A stretch of DNA of 64,000 bases from positions 5,199 to 69,198 of the forward strand of contig JBAPYW010000042.1 of assembly GCA_049284935.1 (NCBI GenBank). Direction: 5' to 3'. Shown here piece after piece: positions 18,401 to 27,389 of this stretch. The position numbers and the translations under genes were made by a program. The stretch is from Xanthobacteraceae bacterium (GTDB taxonomy: Bacteria > Pseudomonadota > Alphaproteobacteria > Rhizobiales > Xanthobacteraceae). The notes under the pieces are model-generated. The model was given only the letters and a program-made list of their open reading frames with translations, was not told the origin of the DNA and did no database searches. Every line of letters begins with the position of its first letter. The stretch's first letter is position 1.

Positions 18401-19051
18401 ATGTCCGCACCCGTTTCCGGGCCGATTGCCATCGGCGCCCTCGACCTCGCCGCGCTGCTTTGCTCCCGCGTTTGCCATGACCTGATCAGTCCGGTGGGCG
18501 CGATCGTCAACGGCATCGAGGTGATGGAAGAGGACAAGGACGAAGAAACCAAGACTTTTGCGCTCGATCTGATCAAGAAGAGCGCCTATCAGGCCTCGGC
18601 CAAACTGCAATTCTGTCGGCTTGCTTTCGGCGCGGCGGGATCGGCCGGCGCGCAGATCGATCTTGGCGATGCGGAGAAGGTGGCGCGCGGGATGCTCGAG
18701 GACAATAAGACCAAATTGGTCTGGAATCTGCCGCGCCAATTCCTGGCGAAGAACCGGGTGAAGCTGTTGTTGAACATGCTGATGATCGGCGCCGGGACCA
18801 TTCCACGTGGCGGCACGCTGACGGTCAACCCGGCCCCGGGAATGGACAGCGAGGCGGGGTTCGCGGTCACGGCTGCCGGCCTGAATGCCCGTTTAAGCCC
18901 GGTCACCAGCGAATTGCTCGCCGGCACCCCGGCGCAGACCGTCGACGCTCACGGCATTCAACCTCTCTATGCCGGGATCCTGGCCCGGGATTGCGGGCTC
19001 ACGCTGTCAGCCGCCGGCGATGGCGCGACGGTTGTCTTAACGGCTCACTAA
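18401..19051 (+). CDS. chpT: histidine phosphotransferase ChpT
   Basis: LLCSRVCHDLISPVGAIVNGIEVM contains the phosphorylatable His in the DHp-like helix. This is followed by a degenerate CA-like domain (GGTLTV). Size (216 aa) and pattern match ChpT of the CckA-ChpT-CtrA relay. Confidence 0.85.
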   Translation: MSAPVSGPIAIGALDLAALLCSRVCHDLISPVGAIVNGIEVMEEDKDEETKTFALDLIKKSAYQASAKLQFCRLAFGAAGSAGAQIDLGDAEKVARGMLEDNKTKLVWNLPRQFLAKNRVKLLLNMLMIGAGTIPRGGTLTVNPAPGMDSEAGFAVTAAGLNARLSPVTSELLAGTPAQTVDAHGIQPLYAGILARDCGLTLSAAGDGATVVLTAH

Positions 19052-19248
19052 CCGTCGGTCGGCGCGGAGAATCGGCCCTCGAAGCGGGTTTGCGGTGCCG
19101 CCGCAACCGAAATTAAACCCTTAAGCAACACACTCAGTCGGTCGGTCAGCCTCCGGCACCTGGCGGCGAAAGCGCGCGTTCTGCGTGCTGGCGGCGAGGG
19201 CGCATGGAGTGCCGGCCGGCAAGCGCGTGTCCGCACGAGGCGCCTGGT

Positions 19249-21819
19249 ATGGACGACCTGCTCCGTGAGTTCCTGACCGAGACCAATGAGAGTCTGGACC
19301 GGGTCGACGCCGAACTCGTGCGCTTCGAGCAGGAGCCGCACAACAGCAACATCCTCGGCAACATTTTTCGCCTCGTCCATACAATCAAGGGTACCTGCGG
19401 CTTTCTCGGGCTTCCGCGGCTCGGCGCGCTGGCGCATGCCGCCGAGACCTTGATCGGCAAGTTCCGCGACGGAATGCCGGTCACGACCGAGAGCGTCACG
19501 CTCGTTCTCTCCACCATCGACCGCATCAAGACCATTCTGGAGGAGATCGAAGCGCAGCAGCGCGAGCCGGCGGGCAACGATGCCGATCTCATTGCACGGC
19601 TCAATCGCCTGACGCAGTTCGCGGAGACGAGGCCGCAACCAGCTCCGGGCGCCGAGGCGAGCGCAAGGCCGCAACCGGCCGCCGTCGCGGAGTCGCGCGT
19701 AAAGCCCGTGGCAGTCGCGCCCGAGAAGCAAGCGGCCGACAAGGCCTCGGCCGAGCGCTCCGACGAGGAACGCGCCGACAGGCTCGCAAAGCATTCGATC
19801 CGCGTCCATGTCGAGACGCTCGATCAGCTGATGACCACGGTTTCCGAGCTCGTGCTCACCCGCAACCAGCTCCTTGAGATCGTCCGCCGCCACGAGGATT
19901 CCGACTTCAACGTGCCACTGCAGCGGCTCTCCAGCGTTACCGCCGAGCTGCAGGAAGGGGTGATGAAAACGCGCATGCAGCCGATCGGCAATGCATGGCA
20001 AAAACTACCGCGTATCGTGCGCGACGTCGCTGCCGAGCTAGGCAAACAAATCGAGATCGAGATGCACGGTGGCGACACCGAGATCGACCGCCAGGTGCTC
20101 GAGCTGGTCAAGGATCCATTCACGCATTTGGTGCGCAACTGTGCCGATCACGGCATCGAGAGCCCCGCCGAGCGGCGTGCCGCGGGCAAGACGCCGAAGG
20201 GGACGATCCGGCTCGCCGCCTGCCACCAAGGCGGTCATGTCATCATCGAGATCGGCGATGACGGCCGCGGCCTCGACGTGGCGCGCATAAGAGCCAGGGC
20301 CATCGAGCAGGGCTTCGCCAGCGAGGCGGAGATTGCGGCGAAATCCGAGGCGGAGATCTGCGACCTGATCTTTAAGCCGGGCTTCTCCACCGCCGCGCGC
20401 GTCACCAGCATTTCCGGCCGCGGCGTCGGCATGGACGTGGTACGCGCCAACATGGAACAGATCGGCGGCACGGTCGATCTGAAATCCGTTGCCGGCGTCG
20501 GCACAACCTTCACGATCAAGATTCCGCTGACGCTGGCGATCGTCTCCGCCCTCATCGTCGAAGCGGCCGGTGAGCGCTTTGCCATGCCGCAGCTTTCGGT
20601 GCTCGAGCTGGTGCGGACGGGCAACAGCGCTGAACACCGGATCGAGCGGATCAAGGATACGCCGGTGCTGCGACTGCGCGACAAGCTGTTGCCGCTGATC
20701 AAACTCAAGGAAATCCTGCGGCTCGGCGAAAGCGACGGCGACCACGGCTTCATCGTCGTCGCGCAGGTCGGCAGCCATGTCTTCGGCATCGTCGTCGACG
20801 GCGTGTTCCACACCGAGGAGATCGTGATCAAGCCGATGTCGTCGAAACTGCGGCACATCGCGGCGTTTTCCGGCACCACGATTCTCGGCGACGGCACGGT
20901 GATCATGATCATCGACCCGAACGGCATCGCGCAGGCGCTCGGTCGCGCCACGTCGCTGGCGCCGATCGATAATGCCAAGGTCGAGGACGGGGAGAAGGCC
21001 GACAACGAGCAGCTGACGCCGCTATTGGTGTTCCGCGCCGGATCGCAGCAGCCGAAGGCCGTCCTGCTCTCGCTCGTCTCCCGACTCGAGGAGATCGATT
21101 GCAGCCGCATCGAAAACTCCGACGGTTGCCATCTTGTGCAATATCGCGAACAGCTCATGCCGCTCGTGCGCATCAACACGCAGACCGACATCAAGCCGGA
21201 CGGTGCGCAGCCGATCCTGGTGTTTTCCGATCAGGACCGCTCCATGGGCCTGGTTGTCGACGAGATCATCGACATCGTGGAGCAGCGGCTCGATATCGAG
21301 GTGGCGAGCGAGCGTCCCGGCGTGCTCGGCTACGCCGTGGTGAAAGGCAGCACCACTGAGATCATCGACATCGGTCACTATCTGCCGCAGGCCTTTGCCG
21401 ACTGGTTCCTGCAGCGCGAAAAACCGGCGGCGCGGGTTGCGCGCAAGGTGCTGCTGGTCGACGATTCGGCGTTTTTCCGCGATCTGCTCGCGCCGCTGAT
21501 CAAGGCCGCCGGCTATCAGGTCGTCGCTTTCGCATCGGCGGCGCAGGCGCTCGCGGCCATCAAGAGCGGCACTCGGGTCGATATCGTCGTTACCGATATC
21601 GAGATGCCCGACATGGACGGTTTCGACCTCGCCAGGGCGTTGCGCGAAAATCCGGGTACCGCCGCCATTCCCGTCATCGCGCTCTCGGCCATGGTCTCGG
21701 CCGAGACAATCGAGCGCGGACGGGGCGCCGGGTTCCACGATTTTGTCGCCAAATTCGATCGCGCCGGCCTCATCGCGGCGATCAAGGAGCAAAGCGCCGA
21801 CCTCCATCAGGCGGCGTGA
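19249..21819 (+). CDS. cheA: hybrid chemotaxis histidine kinase CheA with C-terminal receiver domain
   Basis: The domains are an Hpt P1 (FRLVHTIKGTCGFLG), an Ala/Pro-rich linker, a dimerisation and HATPase core (HLVRNCADHGIE, DDGRGLD, GRGVGMDVV), what look like two CheW-like segments, and a REC domain (VLLVDDSAFFR...VTDIEMPDMDG...KF). ATG 19249. Confidence 0.9.
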   Translation: MDDLLREFLTETNESLDRVDAELVRFEQEPHNSNILGNIFRLVHTIKGTCGFLGLPRLGALAHAAETLIGKFRDGMPVTTESVTLVLSTIDRIKTILEEIEAQQREPAGNDADLIARLNRLTQFAETRPQPAPGAEASARPQPAAVAESRVKPVAVAPEKQAADKASAERSDEERADRLAKHSIRVHVETLDQLMTTVSELVLTRNQLLEIVRRHEDSDFNVPLQRLSSVTAELQEGVMKTRMQPIGNAWQKLPRIVRDVAAELGKQIEIEMHGGDTEIDRQVLELVKDPFTHLVRNCADHGIESPAERRAAGKTPKGTIRLAACHQGGHVIIEIGDDGRGLDVARIRARAIEQGFASEAEIAAKSEAEICDLIFKPGFSTAARVTSISGRGVGMDVVRANMEQIGGTVDLKSVAGVGTTFTIKIPLTLAIVSALIVEAAGERFAMPQLSVLELVRTGNSAEHRIERIKDTPVLRLRDKLLPLIKLKEILRLGESDGDHGFIVVAQVGSHVFGIVVDGVFHTEEIVIKPMSSKLRHIAAFSGTTILGDGTVIMIIDPNGIAQALGRATSLAPIDNAKVEDGEKADNEQLTPLLVFRAGSQQPKAVLLSLVSRLEEIDCSRIENSDGCHLVQYREQLMPLVRINTQTDIKPDGAQPILVFSDQDRSMGLVVDEIIDIVEQRLDIEVASERPGVLGYAVVKGSTTEIIDIGHYLPQAFADWFLQREKPAARVARKVLLVDDSAFFRDLLAPLIKAAGYQVVAFASAAQALAAIKSGTRVDIVVTDIEMPDMDGFDLARALRENPGTAAIPVIALSAMVSAETIERGRGAGFHDFVAKFDRAGLIAAIKEQSADLHQAA

Positions 21820-21828
21820 CAGCAGCCA

Positions 21829-22281
21829 ATGCACGATAAAACCGATCTCGCCGAATTCGTCACGTTCACCGTCGCCGGTCAGTTGTTCGGGCTGCCGATC
21901 GCGCGGGTCCAGGACGTCTTCAAACCCTCGCGCATCACCCGCGTTCCGCTCGCCGGCGCGGAGGTGGCGGGTGTGCTTAATCTCCGCGGCCGCATCGTGA
22001 CGGTCATCGATATGCGCCACCGGCTCGTCATCCGCAACCAGGAAGGCGACGCGCCGATGGCGATCGGCATCGAAGCCAAGGGCGAATCGTTCGGCCTGTT
22101 GGTCGATGCGATCGGTGAGGTGCTTAAGCTTTCGGTAACGGAACGCGAGCCGAATCCGATCAATCTCGACCGCGAGCTCGCCGCACTATCCGCCGGCGTC
22201 TACCGGCTCGATGGCGAGCTTCTTGTCGTGCTCGACATCGACCGGGTGCTGGACCTGCGCGCCGCCGCGGCGGCGGCGTAA
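21829..22281 (+). CDS. cheW: chemotaxis coupling protein CheW
   Basis: 150-aa ORF with the CheW pattern (FVTFTVAGQLFGLPIARVQDV...LNLRGRIVTVIDM...VDAIGEVL). It starts 10 nt after the cheA stop. Confidence 0.9.
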   Translation: MHDKTDLAEFVTFTVAGQLFGLPIARVQDVFKPSRITRVPLAGAEVAGVLNLRGRIVTVIDMRHRLVIRNQEGDAPMAIGIEAKGESFGLLVDAIGEVLKLSVTEREPNPINLDRELAALSAGVYRLDGELLVVLDIDRVLDLRAAAAAA

Positions 22282-22363
22282 GCGGGCGGGCCCGGATGCT
22301 TGGCAAGGGACGTGACGAAGGAACAAAGCGGGCTCCGCCCGCGAAGCGTGAAGCGAGGACACA

Positions 22364-22729
22364 ATGAAGACGTGCTTGGTGGTCGACGACTCCAGCGTCA
22401 TCCGCAAGGTGGCGCGGCGAATTCTCGAAGGGCTGGATTTTCAGATCGCGGAAGCGGAGGACGGCGAAGCGGCCATTGAGGCCTGCCGCGAGCAATTGCC
22501 GGACGCCATCCTGCTCGACTGGAACATGCCGAAAATGGATGGTTATGACTTCCTGCGGGTGTTGCGCCGCTTGCCCGGCGGCGACAGGCCGAAGGTGGTG
22601 TTCTGTACCACCGAAAACGACGTCGCGCACATCGCGCGGGCGCTGCACGCCGGGGCCAATGAGTACATCATGAAGCCATTCGACCGGGACATCGTCGAAG
22701 CCAAGTTCCAGGAAGTCGGACTGATCTGA
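22364..22729 (+). CDS. cheY: single-domain response regulator CheY
   Basis: 121-aa REC domain: LVVDDSSVIR, ILLDWNMPKMDG, EYIMKPF. Confidence 0.9.
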   Translation: MKTCLVVDDSSVIRKVARRILEGLDFQIAEAEDGEAAIEACREQLPDAILLDWNMPKMDGYDFLRVLRRLPGGDRPKVVFCTTENDVAHIARALHAGANEYIMKPFDRDIVEAKFQEVGLI

Positions 22730-22803
22730 GCAGCCAACGCCGAGCGAGTGTCGCGTTGGAGAATGTCCGGGTGCCGAAGTTGCGTGTCGAAAGTCCCAGT
22801 ACC

Positions 22804-23964
22804 ATGAGTATCGTCCGCACCGCCGCGGTCGGTCCACCGACCGCCTACGACCGGCGCATCCGCGTGATGATCGTCGACGATGCGATTGTCGCGCGCCGCC
22901 TGTCGGCGCGCTGGATCGACGCCGAACCGGATATGACCGTCATCGCCTGCCTGCGCACCGGACGCGAGGCGGTCGATCAAATCGAGCAGCGTGATCCTGA
23001 CGTCGTCATCCTCGATGTCGACATGCCGGAGCTTGACGGCATTGCGGCGCTGCCGCTGCTGCTGAAGAAGAAGCCCGATCTGGTGGTAATCATGGCCTCG
23101 GCGCTGACGCGGCGGAGCGCCGAAGTGAGCTTGCGGGCGCTTTCGCTCGGCGCCGCCGATTATGTTCCGAAGCCTGGGGCCGCGGCCGATGCCGGCAAGT
23201 TGGCGGAGTTCCAGCACGAACTGATCGAGAAAATTCGCAATCTTGGCGGCCGCTTATTGGCGCGCCAGGGCAGGGCTGGCGCGATCGCGAGCCGGCCGCT
23301 GCCGGCGCCGCGGCTGCGCGAAAGCGTGCCGCTGCAGGCCGAGGCCCCTGCATTCAGCCTGCGGCCATTCGCGCACTGCCTGCCGCGGGTTTTGCTGATC
23401 GGGTCCTCGACCGGCGGCCCGCAGGCGCTCACCACCTTGCTGGGACAGTTCGGCGCCGCGATCGAGCGGGCGCCGATTTTGATTACCCAACACATGCCGG
23501 CGACCTTCACCACGGTGTTGGCCGAACATCTCGCGCGCAGCAGCAGCCGTCGCGTGCTTGAAGCGGTGCAGGGGGAAGTGGTTGGCCCCGGCGGCATCTA
23601 CGTGGCGCCGGGCGGCCGCCATATGCGCGTCGTGCGCGGCTGCGACGGGCCCACGATCGCGCTCGGCGACGATCCGCCGATCAATTTTTGCAGGCCGGCG
23701 GTCGATCCGCTGCTGTCCTCGGCGGCCGCGGTATGGGGCGAGGCCAGTCTCGCGCTTGTGCTCACCGGCATGGGCAGCGACGGGACGCGCGGCGCCGCCG
23801 GGATTGTGGCGGCCGGCGGCAGCGTGATCGCTCAGGACGAGGCGACCAGCGTGGTGTGGGGCATGCCGCGGTCGGTGGCGCAGGCCGGCTTATGCTCGGC
23901 CGTGCTTCCGCTCGACCGTATCGCCGCAAAGGTCAACAGCCTGTTCTGCGGAGATCGCTCGTGA
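22804..23964 (+). CDS. cheB: protein-glutamate methylesterase/deamidase CheB
   Basis: An N-terminal REC (VMIVDDAIVAR...ILDVDMPELDG) is followed by a methylesterase domain (LIGSSTGGPQAL, ITQHMP, GMGSDG, AQDEATSVVWGMP). I chose ATG 22804. Confidence 0.9.
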   Translation: MSIVRTAAVGPPTAYDRRIRVMIVDDAIVARRLSARWIDAEPDMTVIACLRTGREAVDQIEQRDPDVVILDVDMPELDGIAALPLLLKKKPDLVVIMASALTRRSAEVSLRALSLGAADYVPKPGAAADAGKLAEFQHELIEKIRNLGGRLLARQGRAGAIASRPLPAPRLRESVPLQAEAPAFSLRPFAHCLPRVLLIGSSTGGPQALTTLLGQFGAAIERAPILITQHMPATFTTVLAEHLARSSSRRVLEAVQGEVVGPGGIYVAPGGRHMRVVRGCDGPTIALGDDPPINFCRPAVDPLLSSAAAVWGEASLALVLTGMGSDGTRGAAGIVAAGGSVIAQDEATSVVWGMPRSVAQAGLCSAVLPLDRIAAKVNSLFCGDRS

Positions 23965-24839
23965 CGCCGCTCGACTACGATTTTTTGCGCAAATGCCTCA
24001 AGCAGCGCTCGGGCCTCGTCCTCTCCGCCGACAAGCAATATTTGGTCGAGAGCCGTCTGTTGCCGGTCGCCCGCAAGGCCGGGCTCGGCAGCCTCGGCGG
24101 TCTGGTGGCTGCGCTCAAGCGCGGTAATGCCGAGGCGCTGATGACGACCGTCGTCGAAGCCATGATGACCAACGAATCGTTCTTCTTTCGCGACAAGCTG
24201 CCGTTCGAGAATTGCCGCTCCACGGTGCTGCCGGCGCTGACCGCGGCGCGGCGAAGCTCGCGCACCATTCGTATCTGGTGCGCAGCCGCCTCGACCGGCC
24301 AGGAGCCGTACTCGCTGGCGATGTTGCTGAAAGAGATGCAGCGCGACATCGCCGGATGGCGCATCGATGTGCTCGCCACCGACCTTTCCAGCGAGGTGCT
24401 GAAGAAGGCGCGGCAGGGGATCTACAGCCAGTTCGAAGTGCAGCGCGGCCTGCCGATCCAGATGCTGATCAAATATTTCACCCAAAACGGCGACATGTGG
24501 CAGATCGCGCCCGACATTCGGTCGATGGTGAAATACCAGCAGGTCAACCTGTTGTCCGATTTCTCCCATCTCGGCGTGTTCGATCTGATCTTCTGCCGCA
24601 ACGTGCTGATCTATTTCGACCAGGAGACGAAAATCAGCCTGCTCAATCGCCTCGCCCGCGTCGTCGCCGGCGACGGCTACCTCGTGCTCGGCGCGGCGGA
24701 GACCGTGGTCGGGCTGACCGACAGCTTCAAGGTGGTGGCGGAGGCGCGCGGCCTCTATGTGCCGAATCCGCGGGCATATGGCCCGTCGGCGGCTGAAAGG
24801 CCACTACCGCGCTTGGTGGCGGTCAGCGGCGTGGGATGA
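23961..24839 (+). CDS. cheR: chemotaxis protein methyltransferase CheR
   Basis: The GTG start overlaps the cheB stop (GTGA at 23961-23964). Motifs TNESFFFRD, IWCAAASTGQEPYSLAM and IFCRNVLIYFD are present. Confidence 0.85.
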   Translation: MTPLDYDFLRKCLKQRSGLVLSADKQYLVESRLLPVARKAGLGSLGGLVAALKRGNAEALMTTVVEAMMTNESFFFRDKLPFENCRSTVLPALTAARRSSRTIRIWCAAASTGQEPYSLAMLLKEMQRDIAGWRIDVLATDLSSEVLKKARQGIYSQFEVQRGLPIQMLIKYFTQNGDMWQIAPDIRSMVKYQQVNLLSDFSHLGVFDLIFCRNVLIYFDQETKISLLNRLARVVAGDGYLVLGAAETVVGLTDSFKVVAEARGLYVPNPRAYGPSAAERPLPRLVAVSGVG

Positions 24840-24890
24840 CGCTATGCTTTGCTGCCCCGCGGGGCGGCGGAGGATGGTGGAACTACAAGC

Positions 24891-24920
24891 AAAAACCCCG
24901 GCCGCCCGGCCGGGGTTTTG
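24891..24920. terminator. bidirectional rho-independent terminator between cheR and ctrA
   Basis: In AAAAACCCCGGC-(loop)-GCCGGGGTTTT, the perfect GC-rich stem is flanked by an A-run and a T-run, so it can terminate both convergent transcripts. Confidence 0.75.
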
Positions 24921-24945
24921 CTTAAAAGTCGCGGAACGCGAAGCT

Positions 24946-25647
24946 TTAAGCGGAGATTTTCGCCTCGTCCTCGATCGGCTCGCGCAGCACGTAGCCGCGC
25001 CCCCACACCGTTTCGATGTAGTTCTTGCCGTTCGAGGCATTGGCGAGTTTTTTCCGCAGCTTGCAGATGAAGACGTCGATGATCTTCAGCTCCGGCTCGT
25101 CCATGCCGCCATAGAGGTGGTTGAGGAACATTTCCTTGGTCAGCGTCGTGCCCTTGCGCAGCGACAGCAGCTCGAGCATCTGGTATTCCTTGCCGGTCAG
25201 ATGCACGCGCGCGGCGCTGACCTCGACGGTCTTGGTATCGAGGTTGACGACGAGATCGCCGGTTTGGATGACCGATTGGGCGTGACCCTTGGAGCGCCGC
25301 ACGATGGCGTGGATGCGCGCCACCAGTTCGTCCTTGTGGAAGGGTTTGGTCATGTAGTCGTCGGCGCCGAAGCCGAGGCCTCTCACCTTATCCTCGATGC
25401 CGGCGAGGCCGGTCAGGATCAGGATCGGCGTCTTGACCTTCGAGACGCGCAGGCTGCGCAGCACCTCAAAGCCCGACATATCCGGCAGATTAAGGTCGAG
25501 CAGGATGATGTCGTAGTCGTAGATCTTGCCGAGATCGATCCCTTCCTCGCCGAGATCGGTCGTGTAGACGTTGAAGCTTTCCGACTTGAGCATCAACTCG
25601 ATCGATTGCGCCGTGGCGCTATCGTCTTCGATCAGCAATACGCGCAT
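24946..25647 (-). CDS. ctrA: cell-cycle response regulator CtrA (OmpR family)
   Basis: [35 protein letters not shown]...[12 protein letters not shown]...[19 protein letters not shown]...[52 protein letters not shown] is near-identical in pattern to characterised CtrA proteins. ATG 25647. Confidence 0.95.
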   Translation of the reverse strand: MRVLLIEDDSATAQSIELMLKSESFNVYTTDLGEEGIDLGKIYDYDIILLDLNLPDMSGFEVLRSLRVSKVKTPILILTGLAGIEDKVRGLGFGADDYMTKPFHKDELVARIHAIVRRSKGHAQSVIQTGDLVVNLDTKTVEVSAARVHLTGKEYQMLELLSLRKGTTLTKEMFLNHLYGGMDEPELKIIDVFICKLRKKLANASNGKNYIETVWGRGYVLREPIEDEAKISA

Positions 25648-25964
25648 GCCAGTCCCTTTCCTCGCCGCGCGGCTTAAGGTTGGCACGCCCCAGCGGCGGC
25701 CCCCGAAAAACGCCTTGGGACAAACTGATTCGAAACTGTAAACGCGATATGGTTAACAAAACCTGATTCCCTTATGCAAGCATTCCTTCGGCAAATTCCA
25801 GAATATCGCCTTAAGGTCTTGCGAAAGAGTGGTTTTCTAGCCACGCGGGCGCTCATCTTCCGGGTTAAGGTTCGGCGCTAACCGACTCTTGAGACTCGCC
25901 CTCCATCGTCGCCGGACGAGCCTCCCCTTGATCCCAAGGACGGCGCAATGATTAACGGCCCGGG

Positions 25965-25979
25965 TAAACACAGCGTTAA
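25965..25979 (-). promoter_or_regulatory. near-consensus CtrA box (TTAA-N7-TTTA on the ctrA sense strand)
   Basis: The plus strand reads TAAA-CACAGCG-TTAA, one mismatch from TTAA-N7-TTAA, about 320 nt upstream of the ctrA ATG. It is the only near-match in the 528-bp intergenic region. Confidence 0.3.
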
Positions 25980-26175
25980 GAGCCGCACCTCGATGGTAAC
26001 CATGGCGGTGGCGACGGCCGGCACGGTGCCGACACGCAACCAAGACGTTTCGGCCCGATGACGCCCGGCTCGGAAACCGAACGCTAACGTTATCGTGGCA
26101 TGATTGCGATCCGTGGCGCCGCGTGGTGGGGCCTTGCGGCGCCGTGGGCCCGCGGCTTCGGGGGAGTAGCAGTCG

Positions 26176-26595
26176 ATGAAGTCCCGTGAGACGCTTATCC
26201 GTTTGAAGAAATTTCAGGTCGACGAGAAACGGCGCAAAGTCGCGCAAATCGAGGCCATGATCGCCGAGTTCGACCGTATGGCCGCCGACCTGGAGCGCGA
26301 GATCCGGGTCGAGCAGGACCGCGCCGGTATCCACGATCCCGGGCATTTTGCCTATCCAACCTATGCCAAAGCCGCAATCGGGCGGCGCGAGAATCTCAAG
26401 CGCTCGGCCGACGAACTGCGCACCCAGCTTGAAGACGCCAAGTTGGCGCTCGACGACGCCTTGGACGAGCTGAAGAAAGTCGAGCTGCTCGACGAGCGCG
26501 ACCAGATGCGCGAGCGCGGGGCGGAAACCGCCAGCGAGCAAACCGAGCTTGATGCGCTCGGGCTTATGCGCGTGCGCGGCAGCGCGCCGGCCTGA
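26176..26595 (+). CDS. fliJ: FliJ-like flagellar export chaperone (coiled-coil protein)
   Basis: 139-aa, strongly helical ORF (MKSRETLIRLKKFQVDEKRRKVAQIEAMIAEFDRMAADLEREI). It resembles the alphaproteobacterial FliJ proteins that I remember being annotated next to ctrA. The call rests on pattern and context only. Confidence 0.55.
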   Translation: MKSRETLIRLKKFQVDEKRRKVAQIEAMIAEFDRMAADLEREIRVEQDRAGIHDPGHFAYPTYAKAAIGRRENLKRSADELRTQLEDAKLALDDALDELKKVELLDERDQMRERGAETASEQTELDALGLMRVRGSAPA

Positions 26596-26818
26596 ACCTT
26601 ACCGGTCACTGCGACCCGCTCGTCCGCCGCGCCAGCGGGGCCGGGTCTTTGCGCCTTGCCTGCGGTGCTGGAGGCCGCTTTGGCCCGTGAGCGGAGAAAT
26701 ATCTGCCGCTTCGGCATCGCTTTACCCCCGTTTCGCTCTCGACGAGCGCCCGCTTCCGTGGCGATAATCAATCCCGTCTAAGGGCGCCCATGGGGGTTCC
26801 CGGGGGCCGGGGGCAGTG

Positions 26819-27364
26819 ATGTTGATGCAGGCGGAACTCGTCTGGCTGCTCGCAGCCGTCGCCAAAGGCGACGTGGCCGCATTCGAACGGCTTTATGAAG
26901 CAACCCGTGCGAAACTCTACGGTGTCCTGCTCCGTATCTTGCGTAGGCCCGACTTGGCGGAAGAGGTCATGCAGGAAACCTACCTCAAGGTCTGGAAGTC
27001 GGCGGACAAGTTCGATCCCACGGTCGCCAGCCCGATCACCTGGATGGTGGCGATGGCGCGCAATCGGGCGATCGACATCGTGCGCAAGAAGGGCGAAGCC
27101 TCGATCGAGGAGGAGCCCGCGGCGCTCGGGGTGGCGGCCGAGACGCCCGCGCCGCTGGCGCGTCGCGAGATGACCGAGGAACTCAGGCGGCTGTTGTCCT
27201 GCCTCGGCAAGCTCGATCCGGAAAAGCAGCGCATCGTGCTCTTGGCCTATTACAGCGGCTGGAGCCGCGATCAGCTGGCGCAGAAACTCGATATCCCGGT
27301 GAACACAATCAAGACTTGGTTGCGTCGCAGCCTGCTGGAAATCCGCGAGTGTATAGGACTGTGA
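26819..27364 (+). CDS. ECF-type RNA polymerase sigma factor
   Basis: Region 2 (FERLYEATRAKLYGVLLRILRRPDLAEEVMQETYLKVW...WMVAMARNRAIDIVR) and region 4 (IVLLAYYSGWSRDQLAQKLDIPVNTIKTWLRRSL) are present. ATG 26819; a GTG at 26816 is also possible. Confidence 0.85.
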   Translation: MLMQAELVWLLAAVAKGDVAAFERLYEATRAKLYGVLLRILRRPDLAEEVMQETYLKVWKSADKFDPTVASPITWMVAMARNRAIDIVRKKGEASIEEEPAALGVAAETPAPLARREMTEELRRLLSCLGKLDPEKQRIVLLAYYSGWSRDQLAQKLDIPVNTIKTWLRRSLLEIRECIGL

Positions 27365-27389
27365 TGTGGGAAGAGCTTACGGGGTAGCC

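Noticed and set aside
19052-19248. A possible CtrA box in the chpT-cheA spacer (TTAAACCCTTAA).
   Set aside because: The half-site spacing is 4 nt, not the 7 nt required by TTAA-N7-TTAA, so I do not count it as a CtrA site.
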